From Alphaproteobacteria bacterium (GTDB taxonomy: Bacteria; Pseudomonadota; Alphaproteobacteria; SP197): DNA of 64,000 nucleotides. The stretch spans positions 3,520,001 through 3,584,000 of the forward strand of contig OZ219747.1 in assembly GCA_964291265.2 (NCBI GenBank), given 5' to 3'. The position numbers and the translations under genes were made by a program. The notes under the pieces were generated by a model. That model was not told the DNA's origin. It made no database searches and saw only the letters and a program-made list of their open reading frames with translations. Each line of letters starts with the position of its first letter. Positions within the stretch are counted from its first letter, which is position 1. Positions 40,445 to 51,926 of the stretch are shown here, piece after piece.

Positions 40445-41232
40445 GCGACTTCCGGCAAGACGTCATCGAGGGGCTCGCCGCCTCTTCGAGATACCGGTAC
40501 CTCTCCGCCGGTCTTCTGGCGCGGACCGCCGACTGGGCCATGGCGCGTCACGCAAGGCCGGGACCGGCTCTCAAGGCAGCCAAGCGCAAGCTCCATCAGG
40601 TGTTCGGCGCCTATGCCGTGAAGCTCGATTCCCTGGGACACCACCTTGACGCTCTCGAGGCCGGTGGCGAGACACCTGCCGTGTGCCGGCGCATCCTCAA
40701 GCTTCACCATTCCACCGCGGAACGCCTTTGCTTCATGGAGGAATTCCACGCAACCATATGGAAACATTGTGGAATACCACGACACATCCTCGATCTGGCT
40801 GCCGGACTACACGCGTTCTCCCTGCCGTTTTCAGGCCTTGACCCGGCGGTTTCCTACACGGCCATCGAGGTCGATCGGCGCATGGTTGACGCCATCAGAC
40901 GCTTCCTGGCCATCACGCAACGGCCTGGGGGGTGTCTCTGGCATGATATCCTTGACGGGATTCCGCCGGACAACGCCGATGTTGCCCTGGTGCTCAAGAC
41001 CCTGCCCTGTCTCGAACGCCTGGAACCCGGGTCTGCCGTCGAACTCATGCATCGCCTCGACACCATCCCCACCATTGTCGTCAGCTATCCGGTGCAATCG
41101 CTGGGTGGCGCCAGGAAGAACATGCCACAGACCTATCGCGCCCAGGCCGAGGCTCTTGCGGCCGCTTGCGGAAGGGACATCGCATTTCTCGATCTCAACC
41201 GGGAAATCGTTGCCGTACTGTCACATGGCTGA
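40441..41232 (+). CDS. 16S rRNA (guanine(1405)-N7)-methyltransferase family protein (ArmA/Rmt/Sgm/FmrO-like)
   Basis: KRKLHQVFGAY, HHSTAERL, ILDLAAG, DVALVLKTLPCLE, VVSYPVQSLGG..KNM..TY; GTGA overlap with the upstream stop. Confidence 0.82.
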   Translation: MSDFRQDVIEGLAASSRYRYLSAGLLARTADWAMARHARPGPALKAAKRKLHQVFGAYAVKLDSLGHHLDALEAGGETPAVCRRILKLHHSTAERLCFMEEFHATIWKHCGIPRHILDLAAGLHAFSLPFSGLDPAVSYTAIEVDRRMVDAIRRFLAITQRPGGCLWHDILDGIPPDNADVALVLKTLPCLERLEPGSAVELMHRLDTIPTIVVSYPVQSLGGARKNMPQTYRAQAEALAAACGRDIAFLDLNREIVAVLSHG

Positions 41233-41294
41233 GCTCTTGAAGACTGCCGATGGTCCCTCATAATGCATGGTGGACCGCATGAAGGATCCATGAC

Positions 41295-41828
41295 GTGAAA
41301 CACTTCCTGTCCGCCCTGGCACTCTGCGTTCCAGTCATGGCCCATGCCGACCTCGCGGGCGATCCCATGGTCCTGGACGGTGACACCTTGAGTTTCGGTG
41401 AGAAGGAGGTCGATCTCTTCGGCGTGCATGCGCCGACCATCACGCAGACCTGTGGCGAGAGTGGCCGTGTCTGGTCATGCGGCTGGGAAGCGGCCCTCCA
41501 TCTTGAGGAACTCGTCAGCGTCGGAAATGTCGTCTGTGTCGAAATCCCTGACAGCGGTTCGCCGACGCCTCTGGCCCGTTGCACCGCTGATGGAGTCGAT
41601 CTCGCCGGGCAGATGATCGATGCCGGACTGGCGGTGCGCGACGAGACCCTGGGCGATGACTATGCCGAGCGCGAACTGGCGGCCGCAACGCAGGAGCGGG
41701 GAATCTGGGCCGGCCCCTTCATCGACCCCGTCACGTGGGCCGAACGGGCCGGATGCGCCTGCAGTGCCCGCAAGAAGGCGCTGGCGGAGTCCGCCGCCCT
41801 GCTGAAGGACGAAAAAACGGCGGAGTAG
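41295..41828 (+). CDS. Secreted thermonuclease (SNase-like) family protein
   Basis: Signal peptide, VLDGDTL, LFGVHAP..QTC, GIWAGPF..P..W. Confidence 0.8.
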   Translation: MKHFLSALALCVPVMAHADLAGDPMVLDGDTLSFGEKEVDLFGVHAPTITQTCGESGRVWSCGWEAALHLEELVSVGNVVCVEIPDSGSPTPLARCTADGVDLAGQMIDAGLAVRDETLGDDYAERELAAATQERGIWAGPFIDPVTWAERAGCACSARKKALAESAALLKDEKTAE

Positions 41829-41861
41829 CGCGATCATTCGCGGATTTCGACCTCCCTGCCG

Positions 41862-43061
<1,200 letters not shown>

Positions 43062-43212
43062 GACAACATCCTTCCCCACCGGACCCCACCATACCCCGCG
43101 AGGGGCGCTGCGCCACCAGGTCCGGCATCCCTGCCTGTTGCCACGACAGCGGGACGCCGTGCATCATGTCCGACGATGTCGATCACAACACCGACTCCAG
43201 GAGTTGAGAGAG

Positions 43213-44150
43213 GTGGATCACGAGTGGCTTCGGGACTGGTTGTTTCATGTTGATGAGTTGACTGCAGCGCAGCGCAAGGCAGTGGCGGCAACGCTTTCGG
43301 AGCGGGCGGAGGGTGTGGACACGCTGGCAGCGATCGAGCCGGGAGTGGGTGGCGAGCGACGTTGCCCGCACTGCGGCGTTGGCGGGGCTGCGTCTCGGGG
43401 CAAGGCGCGCGGTCTGCAGAAGGACCTTCGGCGCGCTCACGGGCACGGCGTTGTCGAGGCTGAACCAAGGGGAGCGCTGGCTGTCCCTCGTCGCTTCGCT
43501 TGCCGAGGGCGAGACGATCAAGGATGCACCGTGCGCTGCGGGATTGCACCGAACACGGCGCATCGCTGGCGCCACCGCTTCCCGACAACAGTCAGGCAGA
43601 CGCCGGAGCGGCTTGCCGGGATCGTCGAGGCAGACGGGGCCTTCGTTCCAGAGAGCCGGGACGCGCAGCGGAAGCTCGACCGCAAGCCGCGCCGGCGTGG
43701 CGGCAAGGCCAGGAAGCGCGGCCTCTCGTGCGAGCAGGTGCCGGTCCCGGTCACCGCTCGCAATCACGGTGTGATCCTCGGCCAGACCCTGACGGGGTTT
43801 AACGCAGACAGCGTGAAAGCGGTGCCGGGACCGGTGCTCGCCCCGGATACCCTGCGGGTCTCCGGCGCCAACCGCTGCTGTCCGCCCGTCGCGGCGGCGC
43901 TCAACATCCCTCACGCAAGCATCAACACCTCTGGCGGCGAGCGAGTCTGGAACACCATGCACGTTCAGACGGTCAACAGCCGCCGTGGCCAGATTGAGGA
44001 CTTCCTGCTCAAGCGGCGCGGCATCGCCACCAAGTACCTCGACAGCCATCTGCGATGGTTCCATCTCATCGAACGCGCCGACCAACCATCGCCAGGACCC
44101 TGTTGCCAACCGTGCCAAACCAGGGGCGCCAACTACCACTCCGGTGCCAT
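43213..44150 (+). pseudogene. IS1595-family transposase remnant
   Basis: CPHCG Zn ribbon, AHRWRHRF, LAGIVEAD, RGLS.EQVPV, HVQTVNS, RGIATKYLD; frameshifts and deletions. Confidence 0.8.
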
Positions 44151-44163
44151 CAGTGGGTTTCTC

Positions 44164-44295
44164 ATGATCTCCCTTCGCTCCTTGCATGCGTCCGACATAC
44201 ATCTCGCTAGTCCGCTTACAGGTCTGGCAGGCATGGAAGGCATGGCGGAGGATCGCGTTCGCTCTGCGCCGCGGACTGCCTTTGACGCGCTAGTA
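44164..44295 (+). pseudogene. Metallophosphoesterase (SbcD/YhaO-like) N-terminal fragment
   Basis: LHASDIHLASPLTGL...TAFDALV. Confidence 0.6.
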
Positions 44296-44339
44296 CCCCC
44301 CGAGGAGGGCGTGGGCGGTGGAATTCGCTGTCGTTCGAT

Positions 44340-44631
44340 CTCAACCGTCTCAGCAGCAACGCTCGCTTGCGGCGAACCAGCCCGGAAGACCCATCTGTTC
44401 GATCAACCTGTTGTCGACCGTTCGCGGGCGCGCGTGACTGGCCCGTTCACGGTAGAAGCCGTGCCAGCGCCCGTTGCAAAACCCATTGAGGCTGAGATCG
44501 ACGCCAGTTTGTTCGAGGCGTACCGCGGCACAGAGTCTCTCCCATTTGACACAGGCAACCGTGGTCGGGCTGGCGTCACAATTGTGAATAATCGAGTTGT
44601 CGAGAGCTCGACAATTGTGGAGTTGGAGTAG
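44340..44631 (+). pseudogene. Fragments of a type III-like DNA methyltransferase (Mod)
   Basis: LFDQPVVDRSRARVTGPFTVEAVPAP joined to the C-terminal AEID...YRGTESLPFD..G...IV...ES. Confidence 0.6.
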
Positions 44632-45315
44632 TGAGTGAGTGTTCCAGGAAGACGGTCGAGCATGTTGGAGACAGGCTCCTGCTTCCCCATCACTTGACGG
44701 TGTCTTCGGTCGCTATTGCCGATTTTTGCAAGCGCTGGCGTGTCATCAGATTATCGCTGTTCGGCTCGGTGCTGAGCGACGACTTCGGCAGATGGAGTGA
44801 CATAGACGTAATGGTGGAATTCGAGCCTGACGGCGTGCCCGGTATCCGGTTTTTCAGCATGGCGGCAGAGCTGTCAGTGTTGTTTGGCAGGCCTGTTGAT
44901 GTTGTAACCCTGCCTGCAGTTGAACGAAGTCCCAACCATATTCGACGAAGGGCAATTCTAGAGTCGGCCGAGGTCATCTATGCGCATGACGACTCTTACC
45001 TGCTCGACATGCTCGTCGCGGCGCGCAAGGCAATCCATTTCGCGCAAGATCTCGACTTCGCGCGGTTCGCGCAGAGCGATCTGCACCAAAATGCGATCTT
45101 CAAGGCTCTGGAAATTGTCGGTGAAGCCGCGGCCCGCATAAGCGAACAAAAAAACAAGCACACCCTGACATTCCATGGACCGATATGGTGGGACTCAGGA
45201 ACCGGTTTGTACATGTCTATTTCGAGATTGACCTGACCGTGGTCTGGAACATCGTCAGCGACGACGTTCCGTCGTTGATCCGCCAGCTGGAAAAACTTCG
45301 CCACCGGAGGTCGAG
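44631..45315 (+). pseudogene. MNT nucleotidyltransferase + HEPN (DUF86) toxin-antitoxin pair, fused and frameshifted
   Basis: LFGSVL..DF...SDIDVMVEF; YLLDML...LEIVGEAA; shift near the A7 run (45148-45154); HEPN motif RNRFVH. Confidence 0.8.
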
Positions 45316-45317
45316 TA

Positions 45318-45700
45318 GTGAGCAGAACGACGATCGACCGGCTGATCGTCAACTCTCCCTACGAAGAGCCGGCACGGCCCTGGCCCTACGGTCGAGGGTC
45401 AAGGTTTTTGATCTTGCAGAGGGCGCAGATCAGCCGGATATGTCACGGCCTCTCAAGATTCGAGGCGTTCTACGCTCCGGGCACTTTCGTGGAGATACCA
45501 CTGGCCAATCGTATCCGTGCAAGAGTGAAGGATTGGCGGAACGAGGGACATCTCGGTGCTTCGGGCGTGAGCGGTGATTGTTGGAGTGCTGGATTAATCG
45601 AAGAGAATTCGAGAGCAGGCGCTTTTTCTTCTGTCAGCTCGAGGTCGTCGAGACCCTGATCTGACTGACGGATGCAACCGATGCCGAAAAGGCCGGTCTA
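45318..45700 (+). pseudogene. N-terminal remnant of a type III-like restriction helicase (BPTD_3080-like)
   Basis: LIVNSPYEEP, IPLANRIRARVKDWR and FFFCQLE.VETLI across frames. Confidence 0.65.
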
Positions 45701-45734
45701 GTACCTGATCCACGCGACGACCGCCGTGCGCTAG

Positions 45735-45754
45735 TCCGAAGTTCCGGACGATTT
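45735..45754 (+). mobile_element. Isolated IS1634-type terminal repeat
   Basis: CTAG then TCCGAAGTTCCGGACGATTT, the reverse complement of the ends at 134-153 and 698-717 except for the terminal base. Confidence 0.7.
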
Positions 45755-45864
45755 GTCGCGGTAGGGAACCGGGTTATCCCGGTCCCCCCGCAGTCGCGGT
45801 AGGGATGCGCATTGCTGCGCACCCCCCGCACAGATCCGGACTTGGACGTTAATCCATCCGGCTC

Positions 45865-46699
45865 CTACCTCGGGTGCTTGACGGTAAACCGCTGGTCCGG
45901 CCATGGGTGGCGGATGGAGACGCGCGGCCAAAGAAGCTCGGTCATGCGCTCCAGTCGCTTCCAGTCAAAACGGTGGCGCTGGGAGCGGCGGCGGATCGCT
46001 CGCAGCCATAGGCGTTGCAGCCTGTGGCGGAACGTGCGCAGCCATCGGGTCGACCCCGGGACGGCGAAGTAGTTGAACCAGCCATGACAGACCCGCCCAA
46101 GCCACATGCCGACCTCCCATATATCGTGATGCCGTCGATTGCGAAGCACCTCCTCGATGCGCGCCAGGGTCCTTGCGACCCGTTTTGCGACCGGCTTGCG
46201 ACCAAGCCTGAAGCGTCCTCTCCGGGTCTCCGTGCAAAAGTGCGTGAAGCCCAGGAAGTCGAACGTCTCCGGCCTGCCCGTCCCGCGAGATCGCCGGTTC
46301 GCCTTAGCAAACCGGCCAAACTCAACGAGACGGGTCTTGTCCGGGTAAAGGGTGAGACCAAAGCGGTCCAGCCTCTCCCGAACGTCGCGAAGGTATGTCT
46401 CCGCATCCCGCTTGTGCTGGAACCCGACCACAATATCGTCCGCGTAGCGGACAATGATCGCTTCACCGTTCGGAACCTTCGGACGCCATGCCTTGTGAAA
46501 CCACAGATCGAGCACGTAGTGCAGAAACACGTTCGCCAGGCAGGGGCTGACAATGGCCCCCTGCGGTGTCCCCTTGCCCGTATCCGACCAGTCGGTCCCT
46601 TCCATGACGCCAGCGTTCAGCCACTTGATGATCAGCCGGATGACCCGCTTGTCCCCGATCCGTTTCCCGAGCATCGCAACCAGATGGTCGCGGTCGAGC
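45865..46699 (-). pseudogene. ltrA: Group II intron reverse transcriptase/maturase, N-terminus deleted, no En domain
   Basis: GTPQGAIVSPCLANVFL, RYADD, FDFLGF, GWFNYF; stop abuts DV. Confidence 0.9.
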
Positions 46700-47912
46700 C
46701 TTGATCCGGTTCTCCATGTCTCCCCGAGCACAGTACAACTGCTCATAGAGTTCCCGAGCGCCGACCTCCTTCCTGGGGATGGTCGTCACGACATAACGAG
46801 CGTTCTTGCCGCGCGGTCCCGGTAGCCATTCCGCCTTGGCCACCACTCGCCGCTCGCGGGACCATGACTTCTGCGTGCGATACCGCAGATCCCGATACCG
46901 TCTGGATGGCTTGCCGGACACCAGACAACGCCGCCTCGACTTGTTGAGTGCCTTCGTGACCATGCTGTTCAAGCGAGGATTCTGACCATATCCAAAGACA
47001 TAGTCGACACCATGGTCCTCGCACCAGACCATGATGTCGTCCGTGCCGAAGTCACAATCCCCCCGCACCACGATCCGTGTCCGGGGCCACGTGCCGCGGA
47101 TCTGCTCAACGATCCGTGACAGCTCATCCACCGAGCCATCCGCCGCGCCATGGTCGGCCGTCCGCAAACGGCAGCGCAGGATGTGCTCGCCGCAGACGAC
47201 GAAGAGCGGCAGGAAGCAATGGTGGTCGTAATAGCCGTGGAAGTACTTGCCCTCCTGGTCGCCATGCACCGGATCGTCGGTGGCATCAAGATCCAGAACA
47301 ATCTCCTCGGGCGGTGCCGCATGGCTCTCCAGAAACAGGTCCACAAGAAGACGGTCCAGTGCTTCGTGATCGGCCACGATCTTCTTGTAGCGGTCCAGGC
47401 TCGCCTCATTCGGATCGCCGAGTTCCAGGCGGTTCAGCGTGCTCGAGGCCGCCAGCACATGTCCACGGTCCCGCTCGCGAACCCGTCTCGCTCCCTCCAC
47501 ATCGTCGATCCCGCAAGCCAGGGCCAGAGCAGGGTCGTCACGCAGACGGTCATGATCGTTGAGATCCTCGTAACCCGGAGCCAAAGCGATGATGCGCTGC
47601 GCCACCAGTGTCGTCACATCGTGTTCAATGCGACTGGGATCACGATAATCAACAAAAGCGTCAGCAACACGCTCCGTCACGTTGAAAAGCCTGTCTGCTT
47701 CCCGCAACAGAAGCGCACCACCGTCGGAGGTCATGCGGCCACCATCGAAATTGGCCACAATCTGCCGCCGTCCGAGACCTTCAAACTCCAGTTGTTGTGC
47801 TGAACACTGTGTCGCCATGTGGATGGGCTCCTTGGTGCGTGTAACTCATTGGTCTTATTCATATATCACAAACCCCATCCCCATCAATAGGAAACTTGGT
47901 GACAAATCCGGG
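46700..47912 (-). mobile_element. IS1380-family element, 3'-truncated, inside the intron (transposase starts at 47818)
   Basis: FDGGRMTSDGG, GYEDLNDHD.LR.DP, LDLDATDD.VHG.QEG, VRGD, YCARGDMENRIK; left end CCCGGATTTGTCACCAAGTTTCC. Confidence 0.9.
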
Positions 47913-48290
47913 TTAGTTCCTTTCCTCTGCGGCCCCTCCACGACAGAGGGACAATTGAAAGACCTCCCAGGTCCCGGTGGACTGCTTCGGCGCGTGCCAT
48001 GGTTCTCGGACCCCGCGGAGCCCCTGCTCGCCTCACCAACGCGGCACACAGGGTGTTGCCTTCGGCCCATTGGACGACCTCGGCACTCCGGTTTCACAGT
48101 ATCTCGGGCCTCAATAACCCGGCCCACGCCTGCCGCTCGCCAACGCTTCGCCTTACGCCTCACGACGCACGACGCATGGTTCACGGAGAAAGCGGTGGTT
48201 AGCCTCTCTTCGTGCCGGGACTTGCACCCGGCAACATTCCACCAGTTTGCCTGGCGCACCCGAATGGCCTCCGCCACCAGCTGACCTGCC

Positions 48291-48500
48291 TCATCCGGTA
48301 AGACTCCACCGATCAGGCTGACCGGTGGTCTTCGCCTCGCGTGCACCTGCAAAGTGATCGAGTGCGGCGGCAAACTTGTCGCGGCAACCGGGATTGCAGA
48401 AGCCGACGACATCGCCATTGAATTCAATGAGTGAGTCGGCGGCGACCGGATCTCCCGACCAAGGGCAGGTCGCGTTGATGCAGTCGTCGGGCTTGAGCAC
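48291..48500 (-). CDS. Small YHS/TRASH-like metal-binding protein
   Basis: INATCPWSG.PV, VVGFCNPGCRDKF; GAGGAG RBS before the GTG at 48500. Confidence 0.7.
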   Translation of the reverse strand: MLKPDDCINATCPWSGDPVAADSLIEFNGDVVGFCNPGCRDKFAAALDHFAGAREAKTTGQPDRWSLTG

Positions 48501-48514
48501 GAAACCAAGGCTCC

Positions 48515-48949
48515 TCAAGTGGAGGACCAGGAGAAGTTACCGGATTCGTCCAGTGGTGAGAAGGGATTCCATGCCACTTCCCAGATGTGCCCATCGGGGT
48601 CGCGGAAGTATCCGGAATGGCCGCCCCAGAAGACATCCGCCGCCGCCTTCATGAGCGTGCCTCCTGCCTCGACGGCCTCGTCGAGAACCTCTGCCACTGC
48701 ATCGCGGGACCGCACGTTGAAGGCAAGCACGACGCCACCATTCGCTTCACATGAGAGATCACCGAGCTCCATCTCCTCACGGAACCGGTGACGCGGATAG
48801 AGGGCAAGACCGATCCCGTTGAGAGTGAAGCAGACGATTTCGTTGGCCGCCGTCTCGCTTGCCGCGCGCCAGCCGAGCGCTTCATAGAAGGCCCGCGCCC
48901 TTGCCAGGTTATCAACTGTCAGGGTGATGATGCTGAGTCTCTGTTCCAT
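48515..48949 (-). CDS. VOC/glyoxalase family protein
   Basis: MEQRLSIITL.V..LARARAFYEALGW, FWGGHSGYFRDPDGHIWEVAWNP. Confidence 0.92.
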   Translation of the reverse strand: MEQRLSIITLTVDNLARARAFYEALGWRAASETAANEIVCFTLNGIGLALYPRHRFREEMELGDLSCEANGGVVLAFNVRSRDAVAEVLDEAVEAGGTLMKAAADVFWGGHSGYFRDPDGHIWEVAWNPFSPLDESGNFSWSST

Positions 48950-49179
48950 GGTTCATCTGGCATGCCTGAATCGCAGGGGTTTGCCGTCCCTCCGGTGCAA
49001 TGCTGGGTCTCTCAGAACGACGGTGACCTCAACCATGCGACTCACTGTTGTTTCCGAATCTGTCAGTGCCGTCCAGACAGGACGGGAGTACGGAATCATC
49101 CGAGGCACCGATTGTGCAAGTCCTGCAAGCGTCCGGAGGAAACACCCGCAACGCCATGGATTTGCGGGTCGGCCTCTCC

Positions 49180-49600
49180 CGTCACGCCATCCGCGACGAC
49201 ATCATCCCCGGCCTGTTCCTGCGCGTCTTCCCCTCCGGCGCGCGCAGCTTCGCCCTCGACCGCATGATGCGCGGGCGCAGGCGTTCCGATACCCTCGGCG
49301 GCGCCGACACGATGACGGTCCCCGAGGCGCGGCGCGAGGCCCGCAGGCTCATCGCCGACACCGCGACCGGGGACGGCGGAGCGACCCGTGGATGCCTTCG
49401 CCAATGGGTTCCTCGGCCGCGCGGCCGGCATTGGAAACCCCGGACCCGAGAGCATGGTGCCGGATCGTCTACAGGTACATCCTGCCCGCTTTCACCCACC
49501 TGACCGTGGACGCCATCACGGTCGAACAGGTTCGGGACTTACTCGCCTCCGTGGCCGGCACGTTCACGTTGCCAACCTGCCGGTGCTGTCCATGATGGCG
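49180..49600 (+). pseudogene. Tyrosine integrase remnant (arm-binding domain plus part of the core-binding domain)
   Basis: IRDDIIPGLFLRVFPSGARSF, TLG...MTVPEARREAR, RHWKPRT, ILPAFTHLTVDAIT. Confidence 0.7.
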
Positions 49601-49648
49601 CACGGAACGACGGTTGCAGACGCCACCAAGGCCGGTCATCCAGAAAGG

Positions 49649-51763
49649 TCAGCCCAGAAAGTCGAAATCGGCTGCGGTGATTTGCGACGCCTGGATGCCC
49701 TCCAGCGTGATCGATCCGCTATCGTAGGTGATGACCGTGTCATCACCCGACTGGACAATGGTGAGATCATCGAAACTCATGACTTCACGCCAGTATTCGA
49801 CGACACGGCGGCCGTCCTCCAAGTATCTGGTATAATGTGAGGTCCTGATGTTGATGATGTCCCGGCCGTCCTGAAAGTCGACGATCGTGTCGTTGCCGTT
49901 GTCCCCGTCCCACTGTTCCCCCCTGTGGGGAACAACGGCGCCGACGCTCAGTAAGGTATCCATGTAGTCCACCATGTCGTCGTCGTCGCCCGGGGAAGCA
50001 GCAAAGACAAACCGGTCATTGCCGCCGCCGCCCTTGAGGGTGTCGTCGCCGGCAGCGCCGAACAGCCGATCGTCGCCGTCGCCGCCCTTGAGGGTGTCGT
50101 CACCAGCATTACCGTAGAGGTAGTCGACACCCCTTCCGCTTTCGAGGATGTCGTCACCGGCCCCGCCACGGAGGTGGTCGTTGCCAGCGCCGCCGTAAAG
50201 CGTGTCGTCGCCGTTTTCGCCATAAAGGTAGTCGACGCCGTCGCCGCCGTCGAGGTAGTCGTCGCCGTCTCCGCCATAGAGGACGTCGGTGCCATCCTCG
50301 TTGTCGCCGCCATAAAGCGTGTCGTTGCCGTCACCGCCATAGAGGTCATCCTTGCCGGCGCCACCGTAAAGCGTGTCGCCACCGCCGCCGCCGGTGAGGA
50401 TGTCGTCGCCGGCTCTGCCATGGAGGCGATCGTCGCCGTCGCCACCGGTCAGTGTGTCGTCGCCGTCACCGCCGGTCAGCGTGATGCCGCTGCCGGTCCC
50501 CACCAGGAGGAAGTCGTCTGCACCGAGGGAACCCGCCCACACGCCCGACAGGGTGATGGTGTCGCCGTCGTCGCCGTAGCGAATGATGGTATCGGTGCCG
50601 TCCTGCTCGATGACCAGCACCGCAAACTCGCCGGATACGCCATCCAGGCGAATCCTGTCGCCACCCCCGAAGTCGGTAATCGTGTCATCGCCGTCGCCGA
50701 CCGCGAACACGAAGAGGTCGCTGCCCTTGCCGCCGGCCAGCGTGTCGTCGCCGGCACCGCCGGTCAGCGTGTCGGCGCCCCTGGCGCCACGCAGGGTGTC
50801 GTCGCCAGCCTCGCCCATCAGCGTGTCATTGCCCTTGCCGCCCCCCAGGGTGTCGTCGCCAGCCCCGCCGATCAGTGTGTCGGCGCCCAGGCCGCCATAG
50901 AGAAGGTCGTCGCCGGCTCCACCGGTCAGCGTGTCGGCGCCCCCGTAGCCGCGCAGGGTGTCGTCGCCATCACCACCGGTCAGTGTGTCCGCGTCCTTGC
51001 CGCCCTTCAGCACCTCGCCGCCAGCAGGCCCGCCGCTCGAGGCGTCGCCGGACGTGCCCTGCGGCGGCGCACCCTGTGCAAGAGCGTCTGGCGAGACAGC
51101 CTCCTCGCCGCCAGTCTCCGGCGGAACCGTCTCGACGGGAAGGAACCGGAAGTCGTCCGCGCCCAGGGAGGCCGCCGTCACGCCCTCCAGCTTGATCGTG
51201 TCGCCGTCGCCGTAGCGGATGACGGTATGGAAGCCCTGCTGCTCGATCACAAGATCCCCGAAGCCGCCGGACACGCCGGCGATCTCGATGATGTCTCCAG
51301 CCTCGAAATCGCCGATGTAATCAGCCCCGTCGCCGACCGCGAACGCAAAGGTGTCATGGCCACTGCCGCCATAGAGCGAGTCCGTGCCCCGGCCCCCGGT
51401 CAGCCTGTCGACGCCCCGGCCGCCGAACAGGCGGTCGTTGCCCGCACCGCCATCGAGAGTGTCGTCCCCGTCGCCGCCATAGAGCGTGTCATCGCCCGCG
51501 CCGCCATCCAGCGTGTCATGGCCCGCGCCTCCGTCCAGCGTGTCGTTCCCCGCGCCGCCGTCCAGCGTGTCATCGTCCGAACTGCCGGGGTTCATGTCGA
51601 GAAAGTCCGCGTCGGCGCCCGGGCTTGCGGTTCCGCCCGTCAGCGTGTCGTCCCCGGCGCCGCCGGTGAGGATATCGTCGCCGAGGCCGCCGGTCAGCGT
51701 ATCGTCGCCGATACCACCCGTCAGGGTGTCGTTGTCAGCGCCGCCGATTCGCTCGATAGCCAT
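49649..51763 (-). CDS. Three-module RTX Ca-binding repeat protein
   Basis: Many GGxGDDTLx repeats; three F.F..GDG.D.I.DF...ITL.G..A..L.A.DF caps; GGAGGG RBS. Confidence 0.92.
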   Translation of the reverse strand: MAIERIGGADNDTLTGGIGDDTLTGGLGDDILTGGAGDDTLTGGTASPGADADFLDMNPGSSDDDTLDGGAGNDTLDGGAGHDTLDGGAGDDTLYGGDGDDTLDGGAGNDRLFGGRGVDRLTGGRGTDSLYGGSGHDTFAFAVGDGADYIGDFEAGDIIEIAGVSGGFGDLVIEQQGFHTVIRYGDGDTIKLEGVTAASLGADDFRFLPVETVPPETGGEEAVSPDALAQGAPPQGTSGDASSGGPAGGEVLKGGKDADTLTGGDGDDTLRGYGGADTLTGGAGDDLLYGGLGADTLIGGAGDDTLGGGKGNDTLMGEAGDDTLRGARGADTLTGGAGDDTLAGGKGSDLFVFAVGDGDDTITDFGGGDRIRLDGVSGEFAVLVIEQDGTDTIIRYGDDGDTITLSGVWAGSLGADDFLLVGTGSGITLTGGDGDDTLTGGDGDDRLHGRAGDDILTGGGGGDTLYGGAGKDDLYGGDGNDTLYGGDNEDGTDVLYGGDGDDYLDGGDGVDYLYGENGDDTLYGGAGNDHLRGGAGDDILESGRGVDYLYGNAGDDTLKGGDGDDRLFGAAGDDTLKGGGGNDRFVFAASPGDDDDMVDYMDTLLSVGAVVPHRGEQWDGDNGNDTIVDFQDGRDIINIRTSHYTRYLEDGRRVVEYWREVMSFDDLTIVQSGDDTVITYDSGSITLEGIQASQITAADFDFLG

Positions 51764-51795
51764 GATAGATCCCTCCAGATTCTGTTCGGAGCCAG

Positions 51796-51829
51796 ATTTT
51801 ACTCCCCCCCCCCCCCCAAAGCAAGTCAA
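51796..51829 (-). promoter_or_regulatory. Promoter candidate with a G14 homopolymer between the -35 and -10 elements
   Basis: Minus strand reads TTGACTTGCTTT-G14-AGTAAAAT; C14 on the plus strand at 51804-51817. Confidence 0.65.
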
Positions 51830-51926
51830 GCAGTTTGCGCTCCAGGGCAGGTTTGACCCGAACGCCGTCAGGAAAACGATCCATGATCAGCAGGGTTGCG
51901 CAGTTATCCGGGAGGAAAGTCGGTGT

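Larger units (their letters stand above)
45755..48259 (-). ncRNA. Group II intron (IIB-like), disrupted, with two tandem domain VI/3' ends
   Basis: 5' GTGCG at 48259; DV GAGCCGGATGGATTAACGTCCAAGTCCGGATC (45864-45833); DVI ending ACCGCGAC at 45793 and again at 45755. Confidence 0.85.

Noticed and set aside
45865-46699. Retron, DGR or defence reverse transcriptase
   Set aside because: PQG/YADD, the maturase region and flanking DV/DVI identify a group II intron RT
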